64,000 nucleotides of DNA, taken from NCBI GenBank assembly GCA_963702475.1, contig CAVPCT010000005.1, positions 864,001 to 928,000 on the forward strand, written 5' to 3'. The position numbers were made by a program, and so were the translations under genes. Positions 42,365 to 53,321 of the stretch are shown in pieces (position 1 is the stretch's first letter; the number at the start of each line of letters is the position of its first letter). Source of the DNA: an uncultured Thermoleophilia bacterium (GTDB taxonomy: Bacteria; Actinomycetota; Thermoleophilia; UBA2241). The notes below the pieces were generated by a model. That model saw only the letters and a program-made list of their open reading frames with translations. It was not told the origin of the DNA and did not search any database.

Positions 42365-43051
42365 TCACGGCACCCGCACCATCGTCGCCATCCCGTCGCA
42401 CTGCCAGATGTGGCGCTCGCCGCCCGCACCCGTCTCCTCACCGTACTGGGCGTTGCCGAGCGCCAGCGAGTTGAGGGTCACGTTCTTCGAGCCCCAGGCC
42501 TTGATCGCCGTCTGCACGGCAGCCGTGGCCGCGTCCTCACTCATGCCGAACCACTGCGCGGGCGGAGCTTTGAGCTCGGCGTTATCGAAGTGCGTCGTGG
42601 CGACCACGTAGTAGCCCCAGGTGCTGTTGTACAGCTTGCCGCCGGGCGCGTAGAGGCGCATGTGCGGCGACTTGGTGGCGAACGTCTTGACGCCGCCGTC
42701 GCCCACGAACGCGAACCCCGAGCCGTCGTTCGCGTACTCGTACATGGTGTTCACGAACGGGTTGCTCCAGCCGCGGCTCTTGAAGGCGCTCTTGACCTTG
42801 GACACCGAGGCGTTGCCGTAGAAGACGATCGTCACCGGCCAATCCACGCCCGTGGCCGACACCGACTTGCCTGTGAAGTCGTAGTTGTAGAACTGGTCCT
42901 CGGCGCTGGTCACGGGCTGGAGGCTCGCCGCCGTCCACGCGGAGGCGACGCCCGCCGTGAGCAGCAGGAGCAGTAGCGCGAGGGCCAACGGGACGCCGAT
43001 CCGGGACAGGGTGTGCTTCGCGAGCTTCGTGGGCTTCGTGTGCTTCGTCAT
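42365..43051 (-). CDS. Secreted hypothetical protein
   Basis: Signal peptide ending ASA; VDWPVTIVFYGNA, HMRLY, ATTHFD. Confidence 0.8.
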   Translation of the reverse strand: MTKHTKPTKLAKHTLSRIGVPLALALLLLLLTAGVASAWTAASLQPVTSAEDQFYNYDFTGKSVSATGVDWPVTIVFYGNASVSKVKSAFKSRGWSNPFVNTMYEYANDGSGFAFVGDGGVKTFATKSPHMRLYAPGGKLYNSTWGYYVVATTHFDNAELKAPPAQWFGMSEDAATAAVQTAIKAWGSKNVTLNSLALGNAQYGEETGAGGERHIWQCDGMATMVRVP

Positions 43052-43171
43052 GAGCCCCTCCTCTCAGACGCGCTGTGCAAGACACGGCTTCGGCGGCTTC
43101 GCGGGACGCGCCCACGGATCGTCGGACGGCGGCCGCTGCCCGCACACTACAGGGGACAACGGCCGCACACC

Positions 43172-43188
43172 TAGCCCGGAACGGGTGA
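43172..43188 (-). promoter_or_regulatory. TCACCC-N5-GGGTGA-type box upstream of the secreted protein
   Basis: TAGCCC-ggaac-GGGTGA-TGCC; -10 TAGTGT (43144-43149, minus) 22 nt downstream. Confidence 0.55.
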
Positions 43189-43315
43189 TGCCGCGGTCCG
43201 TCACCGGCTGAGGCGGGCTGGCACCGGGTGGCCGCAGAGTCACGGCACGAGGACCGCCGACGCGGACGGCGGCGGACGAGATGGCGGCGGTCACGCGGGC
43301 GCTGCCCCACGGCGG

Positions 43316-46300
43316 TCACGCGCCAGCAGTGCGATCGCGCCATTCCCCGCATGCCTTCAAGACGTGCTCGCACTCGGCCAAGGCCGGTTCGGCATCCAGC
43401 CGCGCGAAGATGTCGCGCGCGGCCGCGAGGGGCGCTGCCGCCTCGGGCGCTCGTCCGAGCGCCACCAGGCAGCGCCCCAGCCCGAGCAACGCCTGAGCCT
43501 CCTCGAAGACGTCTGCGAAGTCGTGCCAGCGGCGGGCGGCGTCGGCGAAGCCGTCCGCCGCCGCGCGGTAGTCGCCCCGCGCCTCGCTCAGTAAGGCCTC
43601 CGCGGCAACGGTCGCGTGGCGGGAGAGCGGCTGGAGCGGCGCGAAACTGCCCGCCAGCCGCTCGGCCAGCGCGAGATCGCCGCCTGCCACGGCGAGGCGC
43701 ACCGCGCGCGGCAGCAGGTCGGCCCACCAGAAGCCACCACGCGGGCTGCGGAACGCCTCTGCGCCGCTGGCCAGATGGCTCAAAGCACGCTCAGGATCTC
43801 CCAGCGCCATGCGCGCGGACGCTGCGGCGACGAAGACACCGGCGAACGTCCACGGGCCTTCCTCCATGTCCGTCGCGTCCGCCTCGAGCCACGCGAGCTC
43901 GTCCGCAGCCTCAGCCGCGCGCCCTCTCTCCACGAGGACGAGGAGCGGGAAGAGCCGCACGTAGATGCGGTGCCACCAGTCTCCAGCCGCGTCGATCAGC
44001 GGCTTCAGTTCGGCGGCCTCGTCAAGGACCCTGTCCCAGTCTCCCACACTCTCACAGGCCCAGCCGATCGACGTGCGCATCTGGATCTCGCTGTCCACTG
44101 CCCCACGACGGCGCGCGAAGGCGAGGCCCTCCGTGCACACGGCGAGTGATGCCTGGAAGCCCTCGTACATGTAGAGCCAGTTGCCGACCGTGACGAACAC
44201 CGGACCCTGACGGTCACCGCTCCCGGACGTCCTGCACATCTCGAGCGCCTGCTTGAGGTCTGCCACACCGCCGGCGTCGCCGAGGTCGCAGCGCGCGCAG
44301 CCGCGAGCGGCCAGCAGCTGGGCGTCGATCGGCAGACCGAGCTCTTCAGACAGCAGGATGGCGCGATCGGCGGCATCCACGATCTTGCCGGCATCGGCGT
44401 CTCCGATGCACAGAAAATGCCAATCCGTCAGCGCGCTCACGAGCTCGCGCGACGGACCCTCGGCCTCGAGCATGGCGACCGCGCCGTCTGCCAGCGCCAC
44501 ATACTGGTCGTCTTCGTCCGGGACGGCGTATGCAAGACCCATCTGCGCCAGCGCCGCTCCACGAACGTCACCGCCCGCCCGCATGAAGGCGATCGCCTCC
44601 TCGTACACGGGGACCGCCTCTACGCGGCGACCGAGCTGGGTGAGCGCCTTCCCCCACTTCGCCAGCATTCGCCCACGTTCGGGGCCGTCGGGGCCGGCGA
44701 CCTCGAGCGCGCGAGCGTAGTGCCGTTCGGCCAGCAGGCCACATCGAGCTGCCAGGTCCTGTCGCCGGCCAGGGCCAGGTAGCGCACGGCGGGCTGCCTC
44801 ACCGTGTCCGCGAGGCTCGCCTCTCCGGCCGCACCGGCGAGCTCGAACGCCGTCGCGTAGTGGTGCGCGAGCAGCTCCGCGAGGTCGGCGGCGCGATCGC
44901 CGGCCTTCTGCTCGATCCAGCCGGCGACCGCGCCGTGCTTCCTCGCTCTCACCGCCCGCGGCATCTCGCCGTAGGCGACCTCGCGGGCGAGCGCGTGGCC
45001 GAAGGCGTACTCGCGCTCGCCCGCCATCGACGAGCTGCGCACGCGGTGCACCAGCTGCTTGCCGACCAGCTCGCGCAGAGCCGCGTCGACCTCGCCGGGC
45101 GAGCGCTCTGCGAGCGCGGCGAGCGCGCCGTCCCAGAAGACCTCGCCAACGACGGCGGCATCGGTGAGGACCGTCTTCAGCGACGGCGCCAGGGAGTCGA
45201 GACGGGCGGCGATGACGGCCTGCACCGTCGCCGCCACCCCGGGCTCCCCCTGAGTACCGCGGCTCGCCACCGTGTCCCTGGCGAGCCGCGCCGACTCCTC
45301 CGCGTAGAAGGGGTTGCCCTCGGCGTGCCGTGCGATCGTCGCACGCACGTCCCTGGCCATCTCGTCGACCAGCGAGGCGACGAGCCTCTCGGTCTCCTGC
45401 ACGGTCAGGGGCTCGAGCACGACCCGGTTGAGGCGGCCGGCGGCCGCGAACGCAGGGTGCGACTCGAACAGCTCCGGACGGGTGGTCGCAAGCAAGAGCA
45501 ACGGGACCTCGGCGACGTGGCTCGCGAAGTACTCGACGAAGCCGAGCAGGACATCGTCCGCCCAGTGCAGATCCTCCAGCACCAGGACTGTCGGCCCGCG
45601 CGCAGCCATCTCCTCCAGGAAGCGGAGCCAGGCGGTGAAGTTCTCCTCGCGCTCGGCCGGCGGCGCTTCGAGCCCGATCAGCGCGCGCAGGCGTTGACGG
45701 AACCACTCGCGGTCCTCGCCGTCGGGAAGGACCGCGTCGAGCTTCGCCTCCACCACCTCGTGATCGTCGGTCTCGAGGATGCCGGCGTGCGCCTTGATGA
45801 TCTCGGCGAGGGCCCAGAAGGTCACGCCCTCGCCGTAAGGAAGACAGCGCCCCTGGTGCCAGGTGACCAGCTCGGAGCGGGCGTCGACGTCCGCGAAGAG
45901 CTCCTGCACCAGCCGGCTCTTGCCGATGCCGGGCTCCCCGACGATGAGGGCGAGCTGCGGCGACGCGGCGGCCAGCGCCTTGGCGAACAGCGCCCGCAAG
46001 AAGGCGAGCTCCACTTCGCGGTCGACCAGCGGCGTGAGACGCTCGCGGTCGACGCGAGCGCCCACGCGGGCGCGTGGCGCCGTCGCGAGCCACGCCGCGA
46101 CCGGCTCCGCTTTGCCCTTGGCGTCAACTGGCGGCAGCTCCTCGTAGTCGATGACAGCGGCGGTCAGCCGGTGCGTGAGGGCGCCCACGACGACGCCGTT
46201 GGGCGGCGCGGCGGCCTGCAGCCGCGCCGCCACGTTGACCGCGTCGCCGGTCAGGAAGCCGCGGCCGGAGGCGGGGTCGACGTCCAGACGCACAAGGGCC

Positions 46301-46716
46301 TCGCCGGTGTTGACGCCCACGCGCGCCCGCAACACGGAGCCGTCGGGCCGAGTCATGCCCTGCAGAGCGTCGATGAGGCGCAGGCCGGCACGCACGGCGC
46401 GCTCGGGGTCGTCCTCGTGCACCGCCGGGACGCCGAAGACGCCGACGACGGCGTCACCGATGAACTTCTCTACGGTGCCACCGTGGGACTCGATCGCCGC
46501 GGTGGCGCGGCTGAAATACGCGCCGAGCAGGGCGTCCACGTCTTCCGGATCGGCCGCCTCGGTCATGGCGGTGAAGGCGACGAGGTCGCAGATCAGCGTG
46601 GTGACGACCTTGCGCTCCTCGGGGCTGGCGACGGCGGCTCCCAGCGCGGTCGCACACCGCGGGCAGAACGCGAAGTCGTCCGGAGCTTCGAAGCCGCAGC
46701 CGGTACAGACGATCAC
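43316..46716 (-). CDS. Zn-ribbon + class III adenylate/guanylate cyclase + STAND/AAA ATPase + TPR protein, frameshift near 44735
   Basis: CTGC...CPRC; CDLVAFT, EKFIGDA, GDAVNVAARL; GEPGIGKS; LEDLHWAD; GNPFY; TPR tail in frame 43316..46093. Confidence 0.9.
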
Positions 46717-46908
46717 GTCCGTCGTCCTCCGAGCTGTGGGACTGCGGGATCCGGGCACTGCATGCGAAAGACCCCCTCCGCGCTGCTGGAGACGAGTCTA
46801 CCGCGATGCTCGCCCGCTGCGCCCGTTGGACCGGCGGATCAGAACGAGCCGGCTTCGGTCGCCGGGTCGTTCAGTCTGGGCATGTGCCCCCCAGCCGGCC
46901 GCCCGCGC

Positions 46909-48753
46909 TCAGAATCCGCGTCGGCCTGACTCGAGCTTCTGCAGCCGCGTCTGCGCCGCCGCGACCTCGCGGAGCGCCTCCTGGAGGTTCGCGCGAGCGA
47001 TCGGGCTCAACGTCCCCGTGTCGATGGTGTTGTCGGGCGGGCGCCCCTCGCGTACCGCGTCTGCGTGGTGCTGCAGCTGGAGCTGCTTGACGGTCAGGTA
47101 CGCCTCGCGCAGCGTGCGGCAGCACCCGGCGTCGTCCGCGTCCAGGTCGCAGACCGCGGCCAGGCGGTCCAGGGTCGCCTGGATCGTGATGCCGCGCGAC
47201 AGGGCGTGGTAGCGCGCCAGGTTCTGGATGGGCAGCAGGCCGCCTTTCTTGATGTCGACAGAGGCGGCCAGCTTCTGCCGGAACCCTCCGACGGAGGGGG
47301 CGTAGTCCGAGCCCAGGTGCGCGAGCCAGTTCAGGAACCGGCTGCGCCTGGGCGCCTCGCGCATGATCTCCGTCAGAGCCTGCTCCACGTACAGCCGGCC
47401 GATCGCCTGGCGGTAGTCGAAGCACACGCTGGCGCGCAGCACGCGCTGCACGTCGTCGCCCTCCAGGCAGTCCGAGAAGATCTTCTTCCAGCCCGAGAAA
47501 CTCCGCCGCCACTCGCCGCCGGCCAGGACGGAGTTGGCGTCGGGCTCGATGCCGCAGCGGGTGAGCCCGTCGTTGACGTCCGCACCCACGCGGCGGAAGT
47601 AGTCGTTCACGGAGGGCTCGTCCGTGTCGGCGTAGGCGAACCCGTTGTCCTGGTCCGAGGCGAGCGTGAGCTCGTGGCGTGCGGCGCTGCCGAAGACGAG
47701 CCAGGCGTAGTCCACCGGCGGCGCACCGTGGCGTTCGAAGGCCAGCTCGAGGAGACGCACGGTCGCGGAGTCGTGGAGGATCGTGAGCACGCGGCAGACC
47801 TGGGGCGCGTCGAGCCGGGAGTCCAGGAGGTCGACGAACAGGGTGGGGATGTCGCCCGCCGCCGCCACGATCTCGTCCTCGTCGCGGGCCACATGCAGGG
47901 CGCGCCGCAGCGCGAACGGGTTGCGCGCCTCCAGGCTCATGAGGTCGCCGGCCGAGACCATGCCCATCACGGTGCCGGCGTCGTCGAGCACCGGCAGGTG
48001 GCTCACGCCGAGGGTCAGCATGGCGATGCTCGCCTCGGCGGCGAACGCGTCGGCGCGGATGGTGTGGATCGGCGCGGACATGATGGCGCTCAGCGGCGCG
48101 TCGCGCGAGATGCCGCCGACCACCACCTTCTCGCGCAGGTCGGCGTCGGTGACGATGCCCAGCCCGTCCCGCGTGCGCACGAGCACGGCCGAGTCGCCGC
48201 CGGCCGTCATGAGCGCGGCGGCCTCGCTGATCGCCGTCTCCGGGTCGCACACAGGCGGCGCGCCGCGCACGACCGAGGTCACCGGCAGCGTCTGCACCTG
48301 CGGCAGCGGGCTCAGGGAGCGCGCCGCATAGAGCAGCGCGTCGCGCTGGGTCGTCGCCAGCCAGCGCACGCCGGCCTCCCGGCTGAGCAGCTCGATGCTG
48401 AGGCCGCCGGGGATGCAGTAGAGCGCGCATTCCGTGCGCGCCCGCACCGTGAACGCCGGCGCCGTCTGGGTGAGCAAGCTCGCGTAGCCAAGGAGCTCGC
48501 CGGTGGTCATCACCGTGACCAGGTGGTCCCTGCGGAGAAGGTCGAGGGCGCCGTCGCGCAGCACCCAGAGCTGCGTGCTGGGATGGCCGCCCTCGACGAT
48601 CAGTGCCTCGCCGGCCCTCAGGTCGCGGTACGTCACGGCAGCCGCGACCCGCAGCAGATCGTCGCGGCCCAGCGTCGCGAATGCCTCGACGCCGGAGAGG
48701 AACGTGGCGATGTCGTCGAGCGTCTCGGTCCGGTCGCACGGTCCCTCGCTCAT
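46909..48753 (-). CDS. cNMP-binding + CBS + putative nucleotidyltransferase (DUF294) protein
   Basis: GELLG cNMP domain, GIVTDADLR and SHLPV CBS pair, FGSAARHELTLASDQDNG, DIKKGG. Confidence 0.92.
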   Translation of the reverse strand: MSEGPCDRTETLDDIATFLSGVEAFATLGRDDLLRVAAAVTYRDLRAGEALIVEGGHPSTQLWVLRDGALDLLRRDHLVTVMTTGELLGYASLLTQTAPAFTVRARTECALYCIPGGLSIELLSREAGVRWLATTQRDALLYAARSLSPLPQVQTLPVTSVVRGAPPVCDPETAISEAAALMTAGGDSAVLVRTRDGLGIVTDADLREKVVVGGISRDAPLSAIMSAPIHTIRADAFAAEASIAMLTLGVSHLPVLDDAGTVMGMVSAGDLMSLEARNPFALRRALHVARDEDEIVAAAGDIPTLFVDLLDSRLDAPQVCRVLTILHDSATVRLLELAFERHGAPPVDYAWLVFGSAARHELTLASDQDNGFAYADTDEPSVNDYFRRVGADVNDGLTRCGIEPDANSVLAGGEWRRSFSGWKKIFSDCLEGDDVQRVLRASVCFDYRQAIGRLYVEQALTEIMREAPRRSRFLNWLAHLGSDYAPSVGGFRQKLAASVDIKKGGLLPIQNLARYHALSRGITIQATLDRLAAVCDLDADDAGCCRTLREAYLTVKQLQLQHHADAVREGRPPDNTIDTGTLSPIARANLQEALREVAAAQTRLQKLESGRRGF

Positions 48754-48950
48754 GGCCCCGCGCCCCGGTTCCGCGCCCTGCCGGCTTCCTCCACCATGCC
48801 CTGCGCACCGCGTCTCATGGCTTCCTCCCGAGGCCACTGGAACGCCTTCGACCAGCACCGCGCACGCCGGACGATACTACTCCCGGTGGAGGACGAGGAG
48901 AGAGGGTGGCGATCGCGGTCAGCCGGCGACGGTTGCGCGAAGCCGCGCCG

Positions 48951-50615
48951 TCACTTCAAGCGGGCGTACCTTTCAGCCGCCGGCACCTCAGCCGACTGCG
49001 AGCCGCCCGTCCCCGCGACGGCCACGCGATCACGCCCTGTGCTCTTGGCCGCGTACAGCGCCCCGTCGGCGGCCTCGAGCAGCGCCTCGAAGCGGCCCTC
49101 GACGGGCAGGTGGGTGGTCGCCACACCGATACTCACGGTGGAGTGTGGCCCGCCGCCGCCGGCCCCCGGCGTCCCCGGACCACCGCTGGCGGACCGCACC
49201 CGCTCGGCGATGCGGCTCCCCTCCTCCTCGTCGGCTCCGGGCAGGACGGCGCAGAACTCGTCTCCACCGAGCCGTCCGAAGAGGTCCTCGTCTCGAAGGG
49301 CGTTACGACTCGACTCGGCTATCGTCTGCAGCACGAGGTCGCCCGCGGCGTGACCCTGACCGTCGTTGATCTCCTTCAGGTGGTCGACGTCGAAGACCAG
49401 GACCGTGACCGGCTGTGAGCGTGCGGCGGCTCGCCCCATGGCCTGCTCGCCGAGCTCCAGCAGCCGGCGCCGGGAGAGCGCGCCTGTGAGGCTGTCGGTC
49501 GTCGCCATACGCACGGCCTCATCGAGAAGCCCGACCCGTTCAGAGACGTCGCGAAGCACGACCACCATGCCGAGCGGTCTTCCTCCACCGCTGCGCACCG
49601 GCGTGGCCAGCAGGCTGTAGATGCGACGGGTGGACGGACCCGGGCCGTCGCCACGGACCTCGACCTCCCACGGAGTCGGCGTGGCGTAGGGGTCGCGACC
49701 GTCGTCACGGAAGCTGGAGAGAGCGTCGCTCAGAGCACGCTGCACGTCCGGGCGCCTCGCGAGAATGGTGGCGATGGGCTGCGCGAGGCGCTCCGGGCTC
49801 AGCTCGGGGAAGGCGGCGACGGCAGCGGGGTTCATGTCGACCAACCTGCCCCGCAGGTCGACGACCAGCACACCGTCCGCCAGATGCTCGATGACCGCGT
49901 CACGCGCGAGGGGCGCGAGCTCGAACAGACGGGTGGAGAAGAGCGCGTACGCCATCAGCAGACCCGAGACGCTCACCACCGCCATCGCGGGGTTGTAGTC
50001 CGGCCAGGGCGAGAGCCCGAAGGCGTACACGGTGCCGGCGGCCAGAGGCAACAGAGACGCGACGAGCAAGGCGAGCGACTGCGACACGTGGTGGCGGCGC
50101 GTGTGGAGCATCGCCCTCACGAGCACGGAGGCGGAGACGAGCAGCAGGCCGTAGACGAAGGGGACCCAGCCGAGGCTCCAGAGAGGACCGTAGTCGGGGT
50201 GCAGTGCCGTCAGCGACCCGTGCGTGGTGACCGACGGCGCAACGCGGAAGACCCCTTCCGGGTTGAGGAAGATGCCGCTGGTGATGAGCGCCCCGAGCAC
50301 GCCCAGCGTCAGCCACATGCGGTGCGAGAGGCCGCGGCCTCGGGCGTAGAGCAGGACGACCTGCAGCCACAGGATGGGCAGTGCGACCGTGGCCACGTAC
50401 TGCAGGTCCGCCCAGGCGATCTTCGGCTGCAGCCCGGTGGCCATCAGCTCGAGCATGTAGCCGACCGTCCACGTGAGCAGTGCGACCACGGTCGCGGCGA
50501 ACCACAGCGCCACTCTCTCTCCACGATTCCACCAGGCGACCGCGAGCATGGCGAGGCAGAAGACCGAGGAGAGCGCGAGCGGCAGGATGAACGGCGTGTA
50601 CTGGAGGTCGATCAC
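48951..50615 (-). CDS. HisKA_7TM-PAS-GGDEF diguanylate cyclase
   Basis: Multi-TM N-terminus, DGVLVVD..G PAS, TDSLTGA, INDGQGHAAGD, RDED I-site, RLGGDEF. Confidence 0.92.
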   Translation of the reverse strand: MIDLQYTPFILPLALSSVFCLAMLAVAWWNRGERVALWFAATVVALLTWTVGYMLELMATGLQPKIAWADLQYVATVALPILWLQVVLLYARGRGLSHRMWLTLGVLGALITSGIFLNPEGVFRVAPSVTTHGSLTALHPDYGPLWSLGWVPFVYGLLLVSASVLVRAMLHTRRHHVSQSLALLVASLLPLAAGTVYAFGLSPWPDYNPAMAVVSVSGLLMAYALFSTRLFELAPLARDAVIEHLADGVLVVDLRGRLVDMNPAAVAAFPELSPERLAQPIATILARRPDVQRALSDALSSFRDDGRDPYATPTPWEVEVRGDGPGPSTRRIYSLLATPVRSGGGRPLGMVVVLRDVSERVGLLDEAVRMATTDSLTGALSRRRLLELGEQAMGRAAARSQPVTVLVFDVDHLKEINDGQGHAAGDLVLQTIAESSRNALRDEDLFGRLGGDEFCAVLPGADEEEGSRIAERVRSASGGPGTPGAGGGGPHSTVSIGVATTHLPVEGRFEALLEAADGALYAAKSTGRDRVAVAGTGGSQSAEVPAAERYARLK

Positions 50616-51062
50616 GAGGGGCGCATCTCCTCGAAGCCCGACCACTCCCGCGCGCCTTGGCTCAGCTCTTGATCCTTCCCGTCGAGCACGTGCGAGGATC
50701 CCTCCCGTGGTTCCGCCTGTGAGGTGGTGGAGCACCTCGCACCCGGTATCGGTCAGGCCGGAATCGGTCTTGAGGAAGTCAGGGGCACGTGCATGGCCCT
50801 GGGAGTGCTCGAGCCAGGGCCGTGCCGCCGAGGACCTCAAGAAGGGGCGGTGCCTCGGCGGAGACGAGGGAGCGGTTGCGATGGATCTCAGCGCGGATCG
50901 TCACCGGGGCGACGGGCATGGAGGTGACGCCCACGAACGCCGCGGTCTCCCTCGCCGGCCCGCGGGACCGTTTCGCCACGATTCCCGTCGTGCACAGCCG
51001 GGTAGGTCGCAGCTGTTCGCATCCGGGAGCACAGCAAGGCTTGTGACGCGAGGAGGTGGAGG

Positions 51063-51416
51063 ATGGCCCGCATGCGCATCCTGATCGAGGAGGCCGGCGT
51101 AGACCTGACGGCAGAGTTCAACGACTCGGCGACCGCGGCGTTGCTGTGGAACGCGCTGCCACTGGAGAGCCCGGCGCAGACGTGGGGCGCCGAAGTGTAC
51201 TTCTCGGTCCCGGTGGAGACCGGCGCTGAGGACCCACAAGCCACCGTCGACCCGGGCACCGTCGGCTACTGGCCCCCCGGCGCCGCCGTCTGCCTGTTCT
51301 TCGGCCAGCAGCCCGTCAGCCCGGTGAACCTGATCGGCACGCTCGAGGGCGAGCCGAACGTGCTCGAGGCGGTGCGCGACGGACTCACCGTGCGTCTGGA
51401 GCGGATCAAGGAGTGA
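51063..51416 (+). CDS. Cyclophilin-like fold protein (TM1367/DUF369 type)
   Basis: ALPLE..QTWGAEVYF, GYWPPGAAVCLFFG, SPVNLIG. Confidence 0.85.
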   Translation: MARMRILIEEAGVDLTAEFNDSATAALLWNALPLESPAQTWGAEVYFSVPVETGAEDPQATVDPGTVGYWPPGAAVCLFFGQQPVSPVNLIGTLEGEPNVLEAVRDGLTVRLERIKE

Positions 51417-51830
51417 GGACGGCCGGACTCGGGCGGTCGCTTGATGAGTCCGCCCGTGAAGACGACGCACGGAGGCCCCAGCTAGCCTGACGCGCCCGTC
51501 GCCGCACACGCTCATCGTCGCCCGGCCCACCGGAGCAGGACCACGCGTGCCCGGCGACCGGACCCGTCAACGCGCTCGCGGTCCAGCCCTCCGACAAGTC
51601 CGTGTGCGGTTGCCTTTGGCGCCGTTTGCCCTACTCTGAGTAACTACGTCACGCTTTCGGGGGATTCCGGGCCCGCGGATCGTACTCGTGGACTCTCCCG
51701 GCAGGTCACCCCAGGAGGCGAACGTGCCCCCCTCGTCCGTTTCGTTGCACCCCCCGTCAGCTCCGCATGCACTCGCCGCGCCCAGGGCCGTCGACCGTGC
51801 TCCGGCCACCGCGCGAGAAAGCGTCCCCGC

Positions 51831-53231
51831 ATGAAGATCCGCCTGATCGAACCCGCCCCCGCCCACCTGCACATGTGGTCCTACACCTTCCTGCCGCGCC
51901 TCGGCCTGCCGCTGATCGGCGCCGGCCTGAAAGCCGAGGGCCACGACGTGCTCATCTACTGCCCGCAGTTCTCGCCCATCGACTGGGACGACGTGCTGTC
52001 GGCGGACGTCGTCGGGATCTCGGCCACCACGTCGACGGCGCCGGCCGCCTACGAGATGGCGGCGCGCGTGCGCGAGCACGGCGTGCCGGTCGTCGTCGGA
52101 GGCTCTCACGTCACCTTCATGGCCGACGAAGCGCTCGCGCACGCCGACTACGTCGCGCGCGGCGAGGGCGGCGACGCCCTGATGCTCGAGCTCATCGACG
52201 CCGCGCAGGGCGACCGCGCGCTCGAGAGCATCGCCGGCCTCTCATTCACGCGAGAAGGAGAGGCCGTCCACAACCCGCCGCGCGAGGCGTGCCGCGACCT
52301 GGACACGCTCCCCGTGCCGGACCTCACCCTCATCGCCGGCTCCTCGGAGCAGCGCGGCACGACCCCCATCATGACCAGCTGGGGCTGCCCCTTCGCCTGC
52401 AACTTCTGTTCGGTGACGGCGATGTTCGGGCGCAAGTACCGCTACCGCAGTCCCGAGCACGTCATGGCCGAGATCGAGGCCAAGCAGCCGCGGTCCATCT
52501 TCTTCTACGACGACAACTTCGCCGCCGACAAACGACGCCTCAAGGTCCTGCTGCGCATGATGATCGCCGCCGGCCGCAAGATCCCCTGGTCGGCCCAGGT
52601 GCGCACCGACGTCGTCGACGACCGGGAGCTGCTCGAGCTGATGCGCGACTCCGGCTGCGACCGCGTGGCCCTCGGCCTCGAGTCGGTGAGCCAGGAGACC
52701 CTGGACGGCTTCGACAAGAAGCAGAGCGTCACCGACATCGAGCGCGCCCTGGCGACGCTGCGCCGCTACGGCATCAAGACGCACGGCATGTTCGTTCTGG
52801 GCGCCGACTCGGACACGGCGGAGACCATCCGCGAGACGGCCCGCTTCGCGCGCGAGCACGACATCAGCACGCTGATGCTCAACATCCTGACACCGCTCCC
52901 CGGCACCCCCCTGTTCGACGACCTCGACGCCACGGGCCGCATCTTCGACCGCCACTGGGACCTCTTCGACGGGCAGCACGTCGTCTTCAGGCCGCGTCAG
53001 ATGACGCCGGACAGGCTGCAGACCGAGGTCTGGCGCGCCTACGCGCGCTTCTACTCGGCCGGCCAGTGGCTCAAGTACCTGGCCACCTTCCGCTACGGGA
53101 CGATGGCGCTGTACAGCTGGTACTGGGTCTTTCTGCGGCGCTGGCGCAGGGAGCGTGGCAACCGCGAGTACCTCGAGATGCTCACGCAGCTCGCGGGGCC
53201 CGCGCCGGCCGGGGCGGACCCACAGAGCTGA
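51831..53231 (+). CDS. B12-binding domain radical SAM protein
   Basis: PRLGL, VVGGSHVT, GEG, SWGCPFACNFC, FYDDNF, LGLES, TPLPGT. Confidence 0.93.
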   Translation: MKIRLIEPAPAHLHMWSYTFLPRLGLPLIGAGLKAEGHDVLIYCPQFSPIDWDDVLSADVVGISATTSTAPAAYEMAARVREHGVPVVVGGSHVTFMADEALAHADYVARGEGGDALMLELIDAAQGDRALESIAGLSFTREGEAVHNPPREACRDLDTLPVPDLTLIAGSSEQRGTTPIMTSWGCPFACNFCSVTAMFGRKYRYRSPEHVMAEIEAKQPRSIFFYDDNFAADKRRLKVLLRMMIAAGRKIPWSAQVRTDVVDDRELLELMRDSGCDRVALGLESVSQETLDGFDKKQSVTDIERALATLRRYGIKTHGMFVLGADSDTAETIRETARFAREHDISTLMLNILTPLPGTPLFDDLDATGRIFDRHWDLFDGQHVVFRPRQMTPDRLQTEVWRAYARFYSAGQWLKYLATFRYGTMALYSWYWVFLRRWRRERGNREYLEMLTQLAGPAPAGADPQS

Positions 53232-53321
53232 GGCCGCCTCAGGCACGCCGTGGGGAAGAGCGCGAGCGCTCACCGTCAGCGCAATCTTGCTCAATCACTG
53301 CGCAACACGCACTTCATCTTC

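Noticed and set aside
51600-51830. Cobalamin, c-di-AMP or c-di-GMP riboswitch, tmRNA or RNase P
   Set aside because: Only isolated words match (GACCTGCC, CCCGTCAGCT, GGCAAAC); core motifs and their order are missing
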